Below are positions 9,751-20,572 of a stretch of DNA of 64,000 nt, piece by piece (within the stretch, counting starts at the first letter, position 1; every line of letters begins with the position of its first letter). The notes beneath the pieces are model-generated. The model was given only the letters and a program-made list of their open reading frames with translations, was not told the DNA's origin and did not search any database. The stretch covers positions 672,001-736,000 of the forward strand of contig CAVRGP010000011.1 of the NCBI GenBank assembly GCA_963720755.1, read 5' to 3'. The position numbers were made by a program, and so were the translations under genes. This stretch comes from an uncultured Chloroflexia bacterium. GTDB taxonomy: Bacteria > Chloroflexota > Limnocylindria > Limnocylindrales > CSP1-4.

Positions 9751-10825
9751 GGCGCCGGACCTGCGCTGGCTCGGTGGCCATCGCGGGCTGGAGGCGACGA
9801 TCGTGCCGGCGACCGGTATCCCGCTGCGCCGGCTCGCTGTCCGCTCCCTCCGGACGACCGACCTGGACGTTCATGCGCTGCTCGACCCGATGCGCCTGGC
9901 GGCGTCCGTGCCGCAGGCCGCGGCCATCCTCATCGCCGAGCGTCCCGCCGCGGTCTTCACGACCGGCGGCTATGTCGCGGTGCCGGTGCTGATGGCCGCC
10001 GCGCCCCTTGGGATCCCGGTCGTCATGTGGGATGGCAACGTCATCCCGGGTCGAGCCGTGCGGTCGACGGCTCGACTGGCTTCGGCCCTCACCGTCTCGT
10101 TCGACGCCACGTGCCGCGCGCTCGCCTCGAGCGCCCCGGGCCGGCCGTGCTACGTGACCGGGACACCGATCCGCGACGTGGCGGCGATCGACCAGGCTGC
10201 GGCGCGGGCGCGACTCGACATCGAACCCGGCACGCGAGTTGTCCTGATCTTCGGTGGCTCGCAGGCGGTCCGGCGGTTCAACGCGGCCGTCGCCGACGCG
10301 CTGCCCAGACTCGTCGAGCGCGTCACGGTCATCCATGTGGCCGGCGATGACGGCTACGCCGCGGCCCTCGCCGGACGCGAAGCGCTGCCCGATCCGATCC
10401 GCGGCCGCTATCGGCCATACCCATTCCTCGGGGAGGAGATGTTGCCGGCGTTGGTCGCGGCGGACCTGGTGGTCGGCCGGGCGGGCTCGTCGACGCTGGC
10501 TGAAGTGACCGCGCTGGGTATCCCGATGGTCGTGGTCCCGTACCCGCATGCGGCCGGGCATCAGCGAGCGAACGCCGATAGCCTGGTCGCGGCCGGGGCT
10601 GCACGCCTGGTCGAGGACGAGGCGCTCGACGGCCCATCCCTGGTCGACGCGGTCGGGCTGCTCGACGATCCCGACCGGTACCGGGCCATGGCCGATGCCG
10701 CTCGGTCGCTGGGCCGGCCGTTCGCCGCCGACGCGGTGGCAGCGCTCGTCCTCGCGACCGCGGCCAGGCGACCGCTGCCCGAGCCCGGGGCGCTCGAAGA
10801 CCAGGCCCGGGGTCGGGTGGCATGA
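9665..10825 (+). CDS. murG: MurG glycosyltransferase
   Basis: AAGGTGGHIYPA, GGYVA, FGGSQA, RAGSST and HQRANA motifs. Confidence 0.96.
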   Translation: MRLLIAAGGTGGHIYPALAVARSLSATSEAPDLRWLGGHRGLEATIVPATGIPLRRLAVRSLRTTDLDVHALLDPMRLAASVPQAAAILIAERPAAVFTTGGYVAVPVLMAAAPLGIPVVMWDGNVIPGRAVRSTARLASALTVSFDATCRALASSAPGRPCYVTGTPIRDVAAIDQAAARARLDIEPGTRVVLIFGGSQAVRRFNAAVADALPRLVERVTVIHVAGDDGYAAALAGREALPDPIRGRYRPYPFLGEEMLPALVAADLVVGRAGSSTLAEVTALGIPMVVVPYPHAAGHQRANADSLVAAGAARLVEDEALDGPSLVDAVGLLDDPDRYRAMADAARSLGRPFAADAVAALVLATAARRPLPEPGALEDQARGRVA

Positions 10826-11784
10826 TCGCACCGTTCGATGCCATCGCCACCGGCACCGAGATCCAACGCCGGATCGGGGTCAAGACCTCCCGGGACGAGC
10901 CGCTCGCCCGGTTCACGACGATGCGGGTCGGCGGTCCTGCGGACCTGTTCGCGACGGTCCACAACGCGCACGAGCTCCGGGCGATGGTCCGGTTCGCCCG
11001 GTCGCGCGGCCTGCCTCATCTCCTCCTTGGACGGGGGAGCGACCTGGTCATCGCCGATGCCGGCGTTCGTGGTCTGGTCATCCAGATCCGGGCCGAAGGT
11101 TCGCGGACGACCGGCGAGCACTACACCGCCGAGGCGGGGGTCCAGATGGCTCGAGCCGCCACGGAGACCCAGCGTGCCGGCCTCACCGGGCTCGAATTCG
11201 GGTTGGCCATCCCGGGGACGGTCGGCGGTGCGGTCTGGGCCAATGCCGGTGCCCACGAGGCCGACGTCGCGGGCGTCCTCGAGTCGGCCCGCGTCCTGTC
11301 TCCTGACGGCGCAGAGACGATCGTGCCCGGCGGGTCCCTCGGCTTCGGCTACCGGGACAGTCGGTTCAAGCATCCGGTCGATCTCGACGGGCGACTGCTC
11401 GGCGACGTGGTCATCGAGGCGACGTTCCGGCTGGCCGCCGCCCCTCCCGACGTCATCAAGGAACGCCTCGACGGGATCCGGCACTGGCGGCAGGCGCACC
11501 AGCCGCTGGGCCTGCCATCGGCCGGCAGCGTCTTTCGGAACCCGCCCGGCGATTCGGCCGGCCGGATGATCGACGCCGCGGATCTCAAGGGCACCCGGAT
11601 CGGCGGCGCGGTCGTTTCCGAGAAACACGCCAACTTCATCGTCAACGACCAGAAGGGCACGGCGGCCGACGTCCGGCGTCTCGCCGAGCAGGTCCGCGCG
11701 GTCGTCCTCGATCAATTCGGGATCCGTCTCGACTACGAGGTCGAGTTCGTCGGTGACTGGTCGGGATGGGGGGCAGCCGGATGA
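10822..11784 (+). CDS. murB: UDP-N-acetylenolpyruvoylglucosamine reductase
   Basis: TTMRVGGPA, GIPGTVGGA-like, NAGA, SAGSVFRNP and KHANFIVN motifs. Confidence 0.96.
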   Translation: MIAPFDAIATGTEIQRRIGVKTSRDEPLARFTTMRVGGPADLFATVHNAHELRAMVRFARSRGLPHLLLGRGSDLVIADAGVRGLVIQIRAEGSRTTGEHYTAEAGVQMARAATETQRAGLTGLEFGLAIPGTVGGAVWANAGAHEADVAGVLESARVLSPDGAETIVPGGSLGFGYRDSRFKHPVDLDGRLLGDVVIEATFRLAAAPPDVIKERLDGIRHWRQAHQPLGLPSAGSVFRNPPGDSAGRMIDAADLKGTRIGGAVVSEKHANFIVNDQKGTAADVRRLAEQVRAVVLDQFGIRLDYEVEFVGDWSGWGAAG

Positions 11785-12905
11785 CCGTCGCGATCGATCG
11801 GCCTCCCGTCGTCGTCCTCCTCGGCGGGCCATCGGCCGAGCACGACGTGTCGATCGTGTCCGGGACGGCGATCGCCGAAAGTCTGATCGGTGAGGGCCAT
11901 CAGGTCGGGCAGGTCTTCATCGATCTGGACGGCGCCTGGTGGTGGTTGCCGGATGAGCATCGCAGGGACCGGCGTCCCGCCTCCGACTACGACGATCCAG
12001 CCGCGCTCGGAGGCGAGGGGCCGATCAGCGCCGGCCAGGCGCTGGACCGATTGGCGTCGGCACAGCCGGCTCCGATCGTGGTCATCGCCCTGCATGGTCC
12101 GTTCGGCGAGGACGGGACGGTCCAGGCCATGCTCGAGGCAGCCGGGCTCGCCTACACGGGTTCCGGCGTAGCCGCCTCCGCGATCGGGATGGACAAGACG
12201 CTGTTCAAGCGGATGTGCCGCGGGATCGGTCTGCCGGTCGTCGATTGGCGTGAGATCCATGCCGTCCGCTGGGCAGCCGACCCGGACGGAGTGCGAGCCG
12301 AACTCGATGCGTTCATCCGCACCTCGGACGAGCCTCGTCTCATGATCAAGCCGGCCCGCCTCGGCAGCTCCGTCGGGATGACCCTGGTCCATGGACCGTC
12401 CGAACTCGGCCCGGCCCTCGACACGGCTTTTCGCCATGACACGCTGGCGCTCGTCGAGACATACGTGCCGGGAGCGCGGGACCTGGAGATCGCCGTGATC
12501 GGCGACGAGGCAGGACTCGAGACGTTCGGGCCGGGTGAGATCGTGTCCGGTCATGAGTTCTACGACTATGCAGCGAAGTACACGGCTGGACTGTCGAAGA
12601 CATCCACCAGGGCCGAGGTCACCGACGTCCAGCGCGCGACCATGCGAAAGATCGCCCGCGATGCGTTCCGGGCGATCGGGGCGACCGGGTTCGCCCGGGT
12701 CGACTTCCTCCTGGCGGGCGAGCGGATCGTCCTGTCGGAGATCAACACGATCCCGGGGTTCACCCCGATCAGCCTGTTCCCGACGATGCCCGCCGACGGC
12801 GGCTATTCGTTCGGGGGCGTGTGCAGCCGGATCGTGGAACTCGGTCTCGCTCGTCACGCGGCGCGCGCCGGTCGGCGTCTTCGGTCGGAGGACCTGCCCA
12901 GATGA
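11781..12905 (+). CDS. ddl: D-alanine--D-alanine ligase
   Basis: GGPSAEHDVS, LHGPFGEDG, GSSVG, FYDYAAKY and EINTIPG motifs. Confidence 0.96.
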   Translation: MTVAIDRPPVVVLLGGPSAEHDVSIVSGTAIAESLIGEGHQVGQVFIDLDGAWWWLPDEHRRDRRPASDYDDPAALGGEGPISAGQALDRLASAQPAPIVVIALHGPFGEDGTVQAMLEAAGLAYTGSGVAASAIGMDKTLFKRMCRGIGLPVVDWREIHAVRWAADPDGVRAELDAFIRTSDEPRLMIKPARLGSSVGMTLVHGPSELGPALDTAFRHDTLALVETYVPGARDLEIAVIGDEAGLETFGPGEIVSGHEFYDYAAKYTAGLSKTSTRAEVTDVQRATMRKIARDAFRAIGATGFARVDFLLAGERIVLSEINTIPGFTPISLFPTMPADGGYSFGGVCSRIVELGLARHAARAGRRLRSEDLPR

Positions 12906-13765
12906 GCGGACGGCCGATCGCCCGGCGAAGTCGGGCGCCACTGCCGAGTCGCCGGACCAAGCCGGTCCGCCGCGCCTCGCGCGGGCTGTCGACCGTCCGT
13001 GCCGGGGCCGCGCTCGCGATGTTGGCGTCGGCGGCGGCGATCTATGGAGTCGGCGCATCGTCAGCCTTCGCGTACACGAAACTGCAGGTCGAGGGCGTGC
13101 AGTACACCGACACGGCGGCGATCGAATCCGCGTTCTCCGAAGCTCGCGGAACGAACCTGTTCCGGCTGGCGACCGGCCCCCTCCGCGCCACCGTCGAGAC
13201 GATGCCGACGGTCGCTTCCGCCCGGGTGCAGGTGCGTCTGCCGGGCACGATCGCCGTGATCGTGGACGAGCGGCAGCCGATCGTCGTGTGGGCCGTGGGC
13301 GACGCCCGCTACCTGGTCGACGGCGACGGTCTGTTGTTCGAGCAGGTGGACGACCTGTCGACCATCGGCACCGACCTCCCGGTGGTCGTCGATCGGCGCG
13401 CCAGCAGTGTCGGATTGACCGTCGGGATGACCCTCGCACCGGTCGATCTCGATGCCGCGACTCGCCTCGCCTCGCTCACACCGGCGGACGTCGGTAGTGT
13501 GGCGTCGTCACTGGCGGTGGTCGTCACCGACGAGAACGGCTTCGTCGTCAATGCTCGTCCCGATGGCTGGTCTGCCGTCTTCGGTTTCTATACGCCGAGC
13601 CTGCGAACCACCGACATCATCCCGGGTCAGGTTCGCCTGCTGCGGAGCCTGCTGGCCGGTCAGGAAGCGAATGTCGATCGGATGGTGCTCGCCTCCGAGA
13701 CCGACGGGACCTACATCCCGCGGGCCAGTCCATCGACCTCGACCGATCCGAGCAAGGCACCATGA
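12902..13765 (+). CDS. ftsQ: Cell division protein FtsQ/DivIB (POTRA domain)
   Basis: Basic N-tail, TM segment, POTRA-like VEGVQYT...NLF...VRLPGTIAVIVDERQP; position after ddl. Confidence 0.85.
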   Translation: MSGRPIARRSRAPLPSRRTKPVRRASRGLSTVRAGAALAMLASAAAIYGVGASSAFAYTKLQVEGVQYTDTAAIESAFSEARGTNLFRLATGPLRATVETMPTVASARVQVRLPGTIAVIVDERQPIVVWAVGDARYLVDGDGLLFEQVDDLSTIGTDLPVVVDRRASSVGLTVGMTLAPVDLDAATRLASLTPADVGSVASSLAVVVTDENGFVVNARPDGWSAVFGFYTPSLRTTDIIPGQVRLLRSLLAGQEANVDRMVLASETDGTYIPRASPSTSTDPSKAP

Positions 13766-13829
13766 GGTGGCGCGTCGGGTTCGCGTCGGGTAGCCTTGGC
13801 GAAACCATCGGAGCGAGGACGAACACCCC

Positions 13830-14153
13830 GTGCTGCTACCCCTGCTCGGACTCCTCGTCGGCGTCCTCGCGGGTCTCGTCCTCAATGTCAATGTCGGATA
13901 CGAACTCAGTCGATATTCGGCCGTCGCGATCCTCGCCGCGCTCAATTCCGTCCTCGGTGCGGTCCGTGCCGAACTCGACGGCGTCTACGACAACAAGATC
14001 TTCATCAGCGGGTTCCTGGTCAATGCGATCGTCGCGGTGCTCCTCACATTCATCGGTGATCGACTCGGGCTCGATCTCTACCTGGTGGCCCTGATCACGT
14101 TCGGTCTGCGCATCTTCGATAACGTGGCCCTCATCCGGCGCCATTTCCTGTAA
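13830..14153 (+). CDS. Small basic membrane protein, DUF1290/Sbp family
   Basis: YSAVAILAALNSVLGAVRA...FISGFLVNAIVA...IGDRLGLDLYL...RIFDNVALIRRH; position before ftsA as in Bacillus. Confidence 0.88.
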   Translation: MLLPLLGLLVGVLAGLVLNVNVGYELSRYSAVAILAALNSVLGAVRAELDGVYDNKIFISGFLVNAIVAVLLTFIGDRLGLDLYLVALITFGLRIFDNVALIRRHFL

Positions 14154-14185
14154 GTCCGGATCCTGGAACGGAGACGAACCAAACG

Positions 14186-15418
14186 GTGGAACGAGAAGCG
14201 GTCCTGGTCGGCATCGATGTCGGCACGAGCAAGGTCTGTGCGCTCATCGGCGAGGTGAGCCACGACGGCCGGTTGACGATCATGGGCCACGGGACCGTGC
14301 CCGCATCCGGCCTGAAGAAGGGCGTCGTCATCAACATCGACCAGACCGTCCGCTCGATCGCCGATGCCGTGGAGCGGGCCGAGCGCCTGTCCGGCTGGAA
14401 GATCGACCGGGCCTTCGTCGGCGTCGGCGGTCAGCACGTCGAAAGCCTCAACTCGCATGGGCAGGTCGCCGTCACGGCCCACCATCGCGAGGTCACCCGC
14501 GAGGATGTCAATCGGGCGATCGAGGTGGCCCGGGCCGTGTCGATCCCGTCGAACCGCGACGTCCTCCACGTCGAGCGCCGCGGGTTCACGGTCGACGGCC
14601 AGGAGGGGGTCAAGGACCCATTGGGCATGAGTGCGCTCCGGCTGGAGGTCGAGACCCACATCGTCACCGCGTCCGCCACGGCCGTCCAGAATCTGACCAA
14701 GTGCGTCGCGGCGGCCGGGGTCAAGATCGATGAACTCGTGGTCGACTCACTGGCTTCGGCTGAGGCCGTCCTGACCGACACGGAGAAGGAACTCGGCGTC
14801 GCTGTCGCCGACATCGGCGCGGGGACGATCGACCTGGCCCTGTTCCAGGATGGCTCGCCATTCCACACGCGGGTGCTCCCCGTCGGTGGCGCGAACGTGA
14901 CCAATGACGTTGCGATCGGACTCAAGACGAGCATCCAGGTCGCCGAGGAACTGAAGATCCAGCACGGCACCTGCGATCTCGGGTCGATCGGTGAGGACGA
15001 GCAGATCAACGTTTCGGTCCTCGGCGAGACCGCCGGTCGGACGGTCAGTCGCCTCGAGGTCTCGCAGATCATCGAAGCCAGGATGCGCGAGACCTTCGAG
15101 CTGCTCCGGAATGAGATCCGGGCGGCCGGCGTGGGGATGCTGCCCGCCGGTGTCATCCTGACCGGTGGTGCCGCCCAACTGGCTGGGGCCGCGGAACTGG
15201 GTCGGGACGTCCTGGAGATGCCCGTGCGCGTCGCCGCGCCGGCGGGTATCGGCGGTCTGGTCGATACCCTCCTCAACCCCAGTTACAGCACCTCCGTCGG
15301 CCTTCTTCGCTGGGGCGCCGCGAGCCTGACCTCCGACGAGCCGAACCGCTATGAGTCCGCGCCGGCCGGAGGCGGCCTCGGGCGGATCCGGGACGCTTTC
15401 CGGAGCATCTTCCCCTAG
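14186..15418 (+). CDS. ftsA: Cell division protein FtsA
   Basis: [20 protein letters not shown] and ILTGG motifs. Confidence 0.97.
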   Translation: MEREAVLVGIDVGTSKVCALIGEVSHDGRLTIMGHGTVPASGLKKGVVINIDQTVRSIADAVERAERLSGWKIDRAFVGVGGQHVESLNSHGQVAVTAHHREVTREDVNRAIEVARAVSIPSNRDVLHVERRGFTVDGQEGVKDPLGMSALRLEVETHIVTASATAVQNLTKCVAAAGVKIDELVVDSLASAEAVLTDTEKELGVAVADIGAGTIDLALFQDGSPFHTRVLPVGGANVTNDVAIGLKTSIQVAEELKIQHGTCDLGSIGEDEQINVSVLGETAGRTVSRLEVSQIIEARMRETFELLRNEIRAAGVGMLPAGVILTGGAAQLAGAAELGRDVLEMPVRVAAPAGIGGLVDTLLNPSYSTSVGLLRWGAASLTSDEPNRYESAPAGGGLGRIRDAFRSIFP

Positions 15419-15654
15419 GGCCGAGCGCCGGCCTCAGGGCCTCGCGGCACCCGCGCAGAACTTCGGTGCGCAGACGCACCGGTCAGGTGCCCCGACCGTA
15501 TGACTGGATCCGGATCCATCACCCATCGCGGGCCACTGGCGCTATACTCCGGCCTACCCTACGGACCCACGCGCCACCGGAGACACCAGACCGGGTCCGA
15601 CTGAGGCATGACACGTCGCGATCGCCCCTCCCGAGGGTCGCTGAGGAGAGCCCG

Positions 15655-16896
15655 ATGCCGTTGCGTTCCGATTCCGAGAACTTCGCCCTCATCCGTGTCA
15701 TCGGGGTGGGCGGTGGCGGCAGCAACGCCGTCAATCGGATGATCCGCGCCGAGATGATGGGCGTCGAGTTCATCGCCTGCAACACGGATGCCCAGGCACT
15801 CCTCCAGGCGGATGCGCCGCACAAGATCCGCATCGGCGACAAGATCACCCGGGGTCTCGGAGCGGGCGGTGACGCCAGCATCGGGCAGCGCGCGGCCGAG
15901 GAAGATTCCGAGAAGATCAGTCAGGCGCTCGTCGACTCGGACATGGTCTTCATCACGGCTGGCCTCGGTGGCGGGACCGGGTCGGGCGCGGCGCCCGTGG
16001 TCGCCCAGCTGGCCAAGGAGACCGGGGCCCTCACCATCGGCGTCGTGACCAAGCCGTTCGAATTCGAAGGCGCCAAGCGCAAGCTGGTCGCAGAAAAGGC
16101 CGCCGAGGAGCTCAAGGCCCAGGTCGACACCCTGATCACGATCCCCAACGACAGGCTCAAGGACGTCGTCCAGAAGAACACCAGCATCCTCGACGCCTTC
16201 CGGGTCGTGGATGACGTGCTCCGGCAGGGCGTCCAGGGGATCAGCGACATCATCACGATGCCGGGCCTCATCAACCTCGATTTCGCCGATGTCCGCGCGA
16301 TCATGCGCGACGCCGGTTCCGCCCTGATGGGCATCGGTCGCGCCTCCGGCGAGAACCGCGCGGTGGAGGCGGCCCGACAGGCCATCGCCAGCCCGCTCCT
16401 CGAGGTCGACATCGCCGGCGCGCAGGGGATCCTGTTCAACATCACCGGCTCGTCCAGTCTGAGCCTGTACGAAGTGACCGAGGCCGCCGAGGAGATCCGT
16501 GCCGCCGCGGACCCGGAGGCGAACATCATCTTCGGGACGAGCTTCAACGAGCGGCTCGGCGACGAGGTCATGATCACGGTCATCGCCACCGGCTTCGACG
16601 GTGGCCGCAAGCGCCAGACCGTTCGAGCGGACGCGTCGACCGGGGTCATGGACCAGTCCGTGACCGGGCGGCCCTCGCGCGAGCGCGACTTCCTCGAGGA
16701 ACTGCAGCGCCAGCGCGACGAAGTCGCCAATGGTGGATCCGCCTATCCGGTGTCGACGCCGTTCGACGACAGCGCCGCCGCGGTCGCGGTGCCTCGGGCC
16801 GAGCGGTCGGTCGGCGACAGCCAGCCTGCGAAGCGGCCCGCCACGAGCTACGACGCGGACGACCTGGAGATCCCGAGCTTCCTCCGCCGGAAGTGA
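15655..16896 (+). CDS. ftsZ: Cell division protein FtsZ
   Basis: [23 protein letters not shown] and C-terminal [20 protein letters not shown]; upstream TATACT at 15543. Confidence 0.98.
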   Translation: MPLRSDSENFALIRVIGVGGGGSNAVNRMIRAEMMGVEFIACNTDAQALLQADAPHKIRIGDKITRGLGAGGDASIGQRAAEEDSEKISQALVDSDMVFITAGLGGGTGSGAAPVVAQLAKETGALTIGVVTKPFEFEGAKRKLVAEKAAEELKAQVDTLITIPNDRLKDVVQKNTSILDAFRVVDDVLRQGVQGISDIITMPGLINLDFADVRAIMRDAGSALMGIGRASGENRAVEAARQAIASPLLEVDIAGAQGILFNITGSSSLSLYEVTEAAEEIRAAADPEANIIFGTSFNERLGDEVMITVIATGFDGGRKRQTVRADASTGVMDQSVTGRPSRERDFLEELQRQRDEVANGGSAYPVSTPFDDSAAAVAVPRAERSVGDSQPAKRPATSYDADDLEIPSFLRRK

Positions 16897-16927
16897 CCGA
16901 CGCCGGCACGAGGCCGGCCCAGCGACG

Positions 16928-17662
16928 ATGACCGCGACCCGATCCCGCGCCCAGGTCCTTGGCGCCGCCCGCACGCGCGTCCTGGAGCGGATCGCCGATG
17001 CCTGCAACCGGGCAGGCCGGGACCCGGCCGAGGTCACCCTCGTCGCGGTCTCCAAGACCGTGGCGGCTGACGTCCTGCGCGATGCGGTGGCGGTCGGGCT
17101 CGACCTGCTCGGCGAGAACCGGGTCCAGGAAGCGACGGGCAAGGTGGACCAGGTCGCCGGCGCCCGCTGGCATCTCATCGGGCCGCTCCAATCGAACAAG
17201 GCCCGCCGTGCCATCGAGACGTTCGAGTCCATCCAGTCCGTGGACTCGGTCGACCTGGCCCGTCGGATCGACCGACTGGTGCCCGGGGTACGGCCAGGGG
17301 CACGGTACCCGGTCCTCCTGCAGGTGAATGTCGATCTCGACCCCGCCAAGGCCGGGTTCCGTCCGGTCGATCTCGATGGCGCGATGGCCGAGATCCTCGC
17401 GCTGGCACACCTCGACGTTCGGGGCCTCATGACCGTCGGCAGACAGACCAGCGACCCGGACCTGATCAGGCGGACATTCCAGGCCCTGCGCGCGACCTCC
17501 GATGCGACCCGCCGCCACTGGCCGAGCCTCGGGAACGCGTTGTCGATGGGCATGACGGACGATTTCGAACTCGCGGTCGAGGAGGGGGCCACGATCGTCC
17601 GGGTCGGCCGCGCCCTGTTCGGCGAGCGTCAGGTAGCCGATCCCGCGGTCGACGGGCCGTAG
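16928..17662 (+). CDS. yggS: PLP homeostasis protein YggS
   Basis: LVAVSKT, GENRVQE, WHLIGPLQSNK, LSMGMTDDF and VRVGRALFG motifs. Confidence 0.95.
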   Translation: MTATRSRAQVLGAARTRVLERIADACNRAGRDPAEVTLVAVSKTVAADVLRDAVAVGLDLLGENRVQEATGKVDQVAGARWHLIGPLQSNKARRAIETFESIQSVDSVDLARRIDRLVPGVRPGARYPVLLQVNVDLDPAKAGFRPVDLDGAMAEILALAHLDVRGLMTVGRQTSDPDLIRRTFQALRATSDATRRHWPSLGNALSMGMTDDFELAVEEGATIVRVGRALFGERQVADPAVDGP

Positions 17663-17707
17663 CCCCGTCGGGCGGCTCGCGCCGACCCTGCTGCTAGACT
17701 CGGGACG

Positions 17708-17947
17708 ATGGCCATCGCGCTCGAACTCGTCCAATTCGTGTTGATCGCCGCCTGGGTCCTCATCCTCGGGAGGATGGTCATGTCCTGGGTCGACCCCACG
17801 GGCCGGAACCAGATCTCGGTCATGTTGATCCAGACCACCGAACCGATCCTCGCCCCGGTCCGCCGGATCCTGCCCGCGACGGGCGCGATCGACTGGTCCG
17901 GCTTTGTCGTCCTGATCGTGCTCGGGTTCCTGTGGCGCGCCTTCTGA
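17708..17947 (+). CDS. yggT: YggT family membrane protein
   Basis: MSWVDP...TEPILAPVRRILP...IDWS pattern. Confidence 0.9.
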   Translation: MAIALELVQFVLIAAWVLILGRMVMSWVDPTGRNQISVMLIQTTEPILAPVRRILPATGAIDWSGFVVLIVLGFLWRAF

Positions 17948-17951
17948 CGCC

Positions 17952-18233
17952 ATGAGCCTGCCGACCGCGCGGTTCGCTGTCCGGGTCACGCCTCGCTCCG
18001 GTGTCGAGCGGGTGGAGGCGGCGGTCGACGGCGTGCTCAAGGTCCGGGTGATGGCCCCGGCGGTCGAAGGCGCCGCGAACGTCGCACTGGTACGCGTCCT
18101 GGCCGAGGCGCTCGACATCCCCCGGCGCGACGTCCGCATCGTCGCGGGTGCATCCAGTCGCCAGAAACTCGTTGTCGTGGACGGACTGGAACCGGCGGCG
18201 ATCGTTGCCCGTTGGCCGGGCCTGCGGGTATGA
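17952..18233 (+). CDS. yggU: DUF167/YggU family protein
   Basis: VRVTPRS...VRVMAPAVEGAAN...GASSRQK pattern. Confidence 0.9.
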   Translation: MSLPTARFAVRVTPRSGVERVEAAVDGVLKVRVMAPAVEGAANVALVRVLAEALDIPRRDVRIVAGASSRQKLVVVDGLEPAAIVARWPGLRV

Positions 18234-18278
18234 TCGGCGGGCACCGTCCGACGCCCTGTGCGGCGTCGCGACCCCTTC

Positions 18279-18355
<77 letters not shown>

Positions 18356-18419
18356 CTCCCGTCCTATTTGCGTGAGAGGCGTCGGCTCACCATGCTGCGT
18401 CGGGCTCACCACGTCCCGA

Positions 18420-18935
18420 TCAGCGAGTGGGTGCAGGCACACCCCACGCACGTCCGGTGGCATCGGCATGACTCCAGACGTCGATCTCCGGTGGCGTCCG
18501 TCCCAGGTTCGACAGGGCCGTGCAGACCTGGCTGCGGTGGTCCGTCCCGTGATGGATGACCTGCGCGAGGCGGACGCCCGCCCGGGCGTGATACTCGGAA
18601 CCATCGGGCCCGCGCTCGACGACGTCCACGTCCGGGTCGACACCGCCGTTCAGCAGCGCCGTCCACGCCTCCCCATTCGCGACGATGGCCGACCGCAGGT
18701 CGGCGAGGGGGGTGTCGTCCTCCTCGTCGATCTGCACCGTCGCCTCCTCGATGAAGAAGGATAGATACCAGCAGTCCGCGGACACCAGATGCCGGAGTGT
18801 GCCGATGACCGAACCGAATGTCCCGGGGACTGGCGTTGCCAACTCCTCGGCGGTGAGATCGATGCAGCTGTCGATGAGGCGCTCGGTCGCCCAGATGTGA
18901 TGGGCGAACGCGTCGGAGAGGCCTGAAGTCTTCAT
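18420..18935 (-). CDS. DinB/YfiT family protein (putative metal-dependent thiol transferase)
   Basis: TLRHLVSAD and QVIHHGTDHRSQV His motifs. ATG lies 6 nt after a TACAGT -10 (leaderless). Confidence 0.88.
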   Translation of the reverse strand: MKTSGLSDAFAHHIWATERLIDSCIDLTAEELATPVPGTFGSVIGTLRHLVSADCWYLSFFIEEATVQIDEEDDTPLADLRSAIVANGEAWTALLNGGVDPDVDVVERGPDGSEYHARAGVRLAQVIHHGTDHRSQVCTALSNLGRTPPEIDVWSHADATGRAWGVPAPTR

Positions 18936-19047
18936 CGGTGGACTGTATCGCGAGACGCTCGCTGCCTGCCGGGCGAGGAATGGCGAACGCCGTTGGAGCC
19001 GTCCGGCCCTTGACCGCCCGACCGAGCCCGCGCAATCTCGCTGCGGT

Positions 19048-19182
19048 GTGACGACGCGACACGGCGCGAAGCCAGAGGCGGCGAGATGGCCAGACCGCAC
19101 GGATCCGATCCCGGAGCCCGAGGCGCCCGGCCCGATGCGCCGCCTGATCGAACGATTGCGGGAATGGTCGGGCCGAGCTTGA
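19048..19182 (+). CDS. Putative 44-aa small protein
   Basis: GTG ORF VTTRHGAKPEAARWPDRTDPIPEPEAPGPMRRLIERLREWSGRA, downstream of TTGACC-17bp-CAATCT. Confidence 0.35.
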   Translation: MTTRHGAKPEAARWPDRTDPIPEPEAPGPMRRLIERLREWSGRA

Positions 19183-19255
19183 CCTGCGAGCGTCTCGAGG
19201 AGCGACAAGCCACCGCCGCCTGCGCGTGGCTGCGTCCGAGGCGCATCATCTGCCC

Positions 19256-20428
19256 ATGACCGAGACGACGGATGTGATCGTGGTCGGGGCCGGCGTCCAG
19301 GGTGCCAGCCTTGCATTCCATCTGGCGCGCCGCGGCGTTCGGGTACGGGTCGTGGAGCGCGCGACCGTCGCTGCCGGGGCCACTGGGCGATCATCGGGCT
19401 TCGTCCGGATGCATTACGACCTGCCCTCCGACGCCAGCCTGGCGTGGACGTCCTTCCCATACTTCCAGCACTGGTCGGAGCTCGTCGGTGAAGGCGACTG
19501 TGGCTTCGTCCGGACCGGGTTCGTCCAGCTCGTCCCGCCCGCCCTCGAGGCCGCGCTGCGCGCCAATGTGGCGATGCACCAGGAACTCGGGATCGAGACC
19601 GAGGTCGTGGACGCGGCCGATGTCGAGCGGCTCATGCCCGGCATCGTGACCGACGACATCACCGCCGCCGCGTACGAGCCATCGTCCGGTTACGCCGATC
19701 CGTCCGGGACAGCGGCCGGGTTCCTCGCGGCTGCGAGACGCGACGGCGCCCGGTTCGTGCAGGGCTGCCAGGCGATCTCCGTGATCGTCGACGGGGACGC
19801 CGTCAGCGGTGTCGACACGGACAAGGGTCGGTTCGACGCCCCCATCGTGGTGGACGTCGCCGGCGCCTGGGCAGCGGACGTCGCCACGACCGCCGGCGTC
19901 ACGATACCGGTGGAGACGTGGCGACACGACACCGCCTTCTTCGGCCTGCCGGGCGGCCGGATCGCGGACTTCCCGATCGTCATCGATGAGCCGAACCAGG
20001 TCTACTTCCGGCCCGAGGGAGGCGAGCAGATGCTGGTGGGGCTGGAGGGAGGCAACGAGGTCGGTGGTTCTCCCGACCGGCCGATGCTCCACCTGCACGA
20101 CGGTGCGGTCGAGGACATGATCGATCGAGTGTGCGCCCGGGTTCCCTGGATGGCGGATGGGTCGCTCCGCTCCGGGTACGGAGGGCAGGACGGGATCACC
20201 CCGGACCAGCACGCGATCCTCGGACCGGCCGGCCCGGATGGGTTCTACCTCGCCTGCGGGTTCTCGGGCACCGGTTTCAAGACGGCGCCGGCCGTGGGGA
20301 TGTGCCTCACAGAGTTGATCCTCGATGGCCGTTCGTCGACCGTCGACATCTCGGGCTACACGCTCGACCGGTTCGCGGAGGGTCGGACTCTCGCTGGCGA
20401 GCATTCGTATGGGCGTCTCTGGCGCTGA
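19256..20428 (+). CDS. FAD-dependent oxidoreductase (DAO / sarcosine oxidase beta-like)
   Basis: DVIVVGAGVQG, GATGRSSG, TPDQHAILG and GFSGTGFKTAP motifs. Confidence 0.9.
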   Translation: MTETTDVIVVGAGVQGASLAFHLARRGVRVRVVERATVAAGATGRSSGFVRMHYDLPSDASLAWTSFPYFQHWSELVGEGDCGFVRTGFVQLVPPALEAALRANVAMHQELGIETEVVDAADVERLMPGIVTDDITAAAYEPSSGYADPSGTAAGFLAAARRDGARFVQGCQAISVIVDGDAVSGVDTDKGRFDAPIVVDVAGAWAADVATTAGVTIPVETWRHDTAFFGLPGGRIADFPIVIDEPNQVYFRPEGGEQMLVGLEGGNEVGGSPDRPMLHLHDGAVEDMIDRVCARVPWMADGSLRSGYGGQDGITPDQHAILGPAGPDGFYLACGFSGTGFKTAPAVGMCLTELILDGRSSTVDISGYTLDRFAEGRTLAGEHSYGRLWR

Positions 20429-20542
20429 CTCGGCCGGCCCGACGGCGCCGTCCCTCGCGGTCGATGGCGAGGACGCTGGCGAACCGTCACGCCCGTGCGA
20501 CCCGGTCCGTCCGAGGAGAGACAAGACCCGCTCCTCCGCGTC

Positions 20543-20572
20543 GAAGCCCCCAGTTCCTCCCCTGGGGGCTTC
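20543..20572. terminator. Hairpin between convergent genes
   Basis: GAAGCCCCCAG-TTCCTCCC-CTGGGGGCTTC, an 11-bp stem followed by TTCGTGT. Confidence 0.6.
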
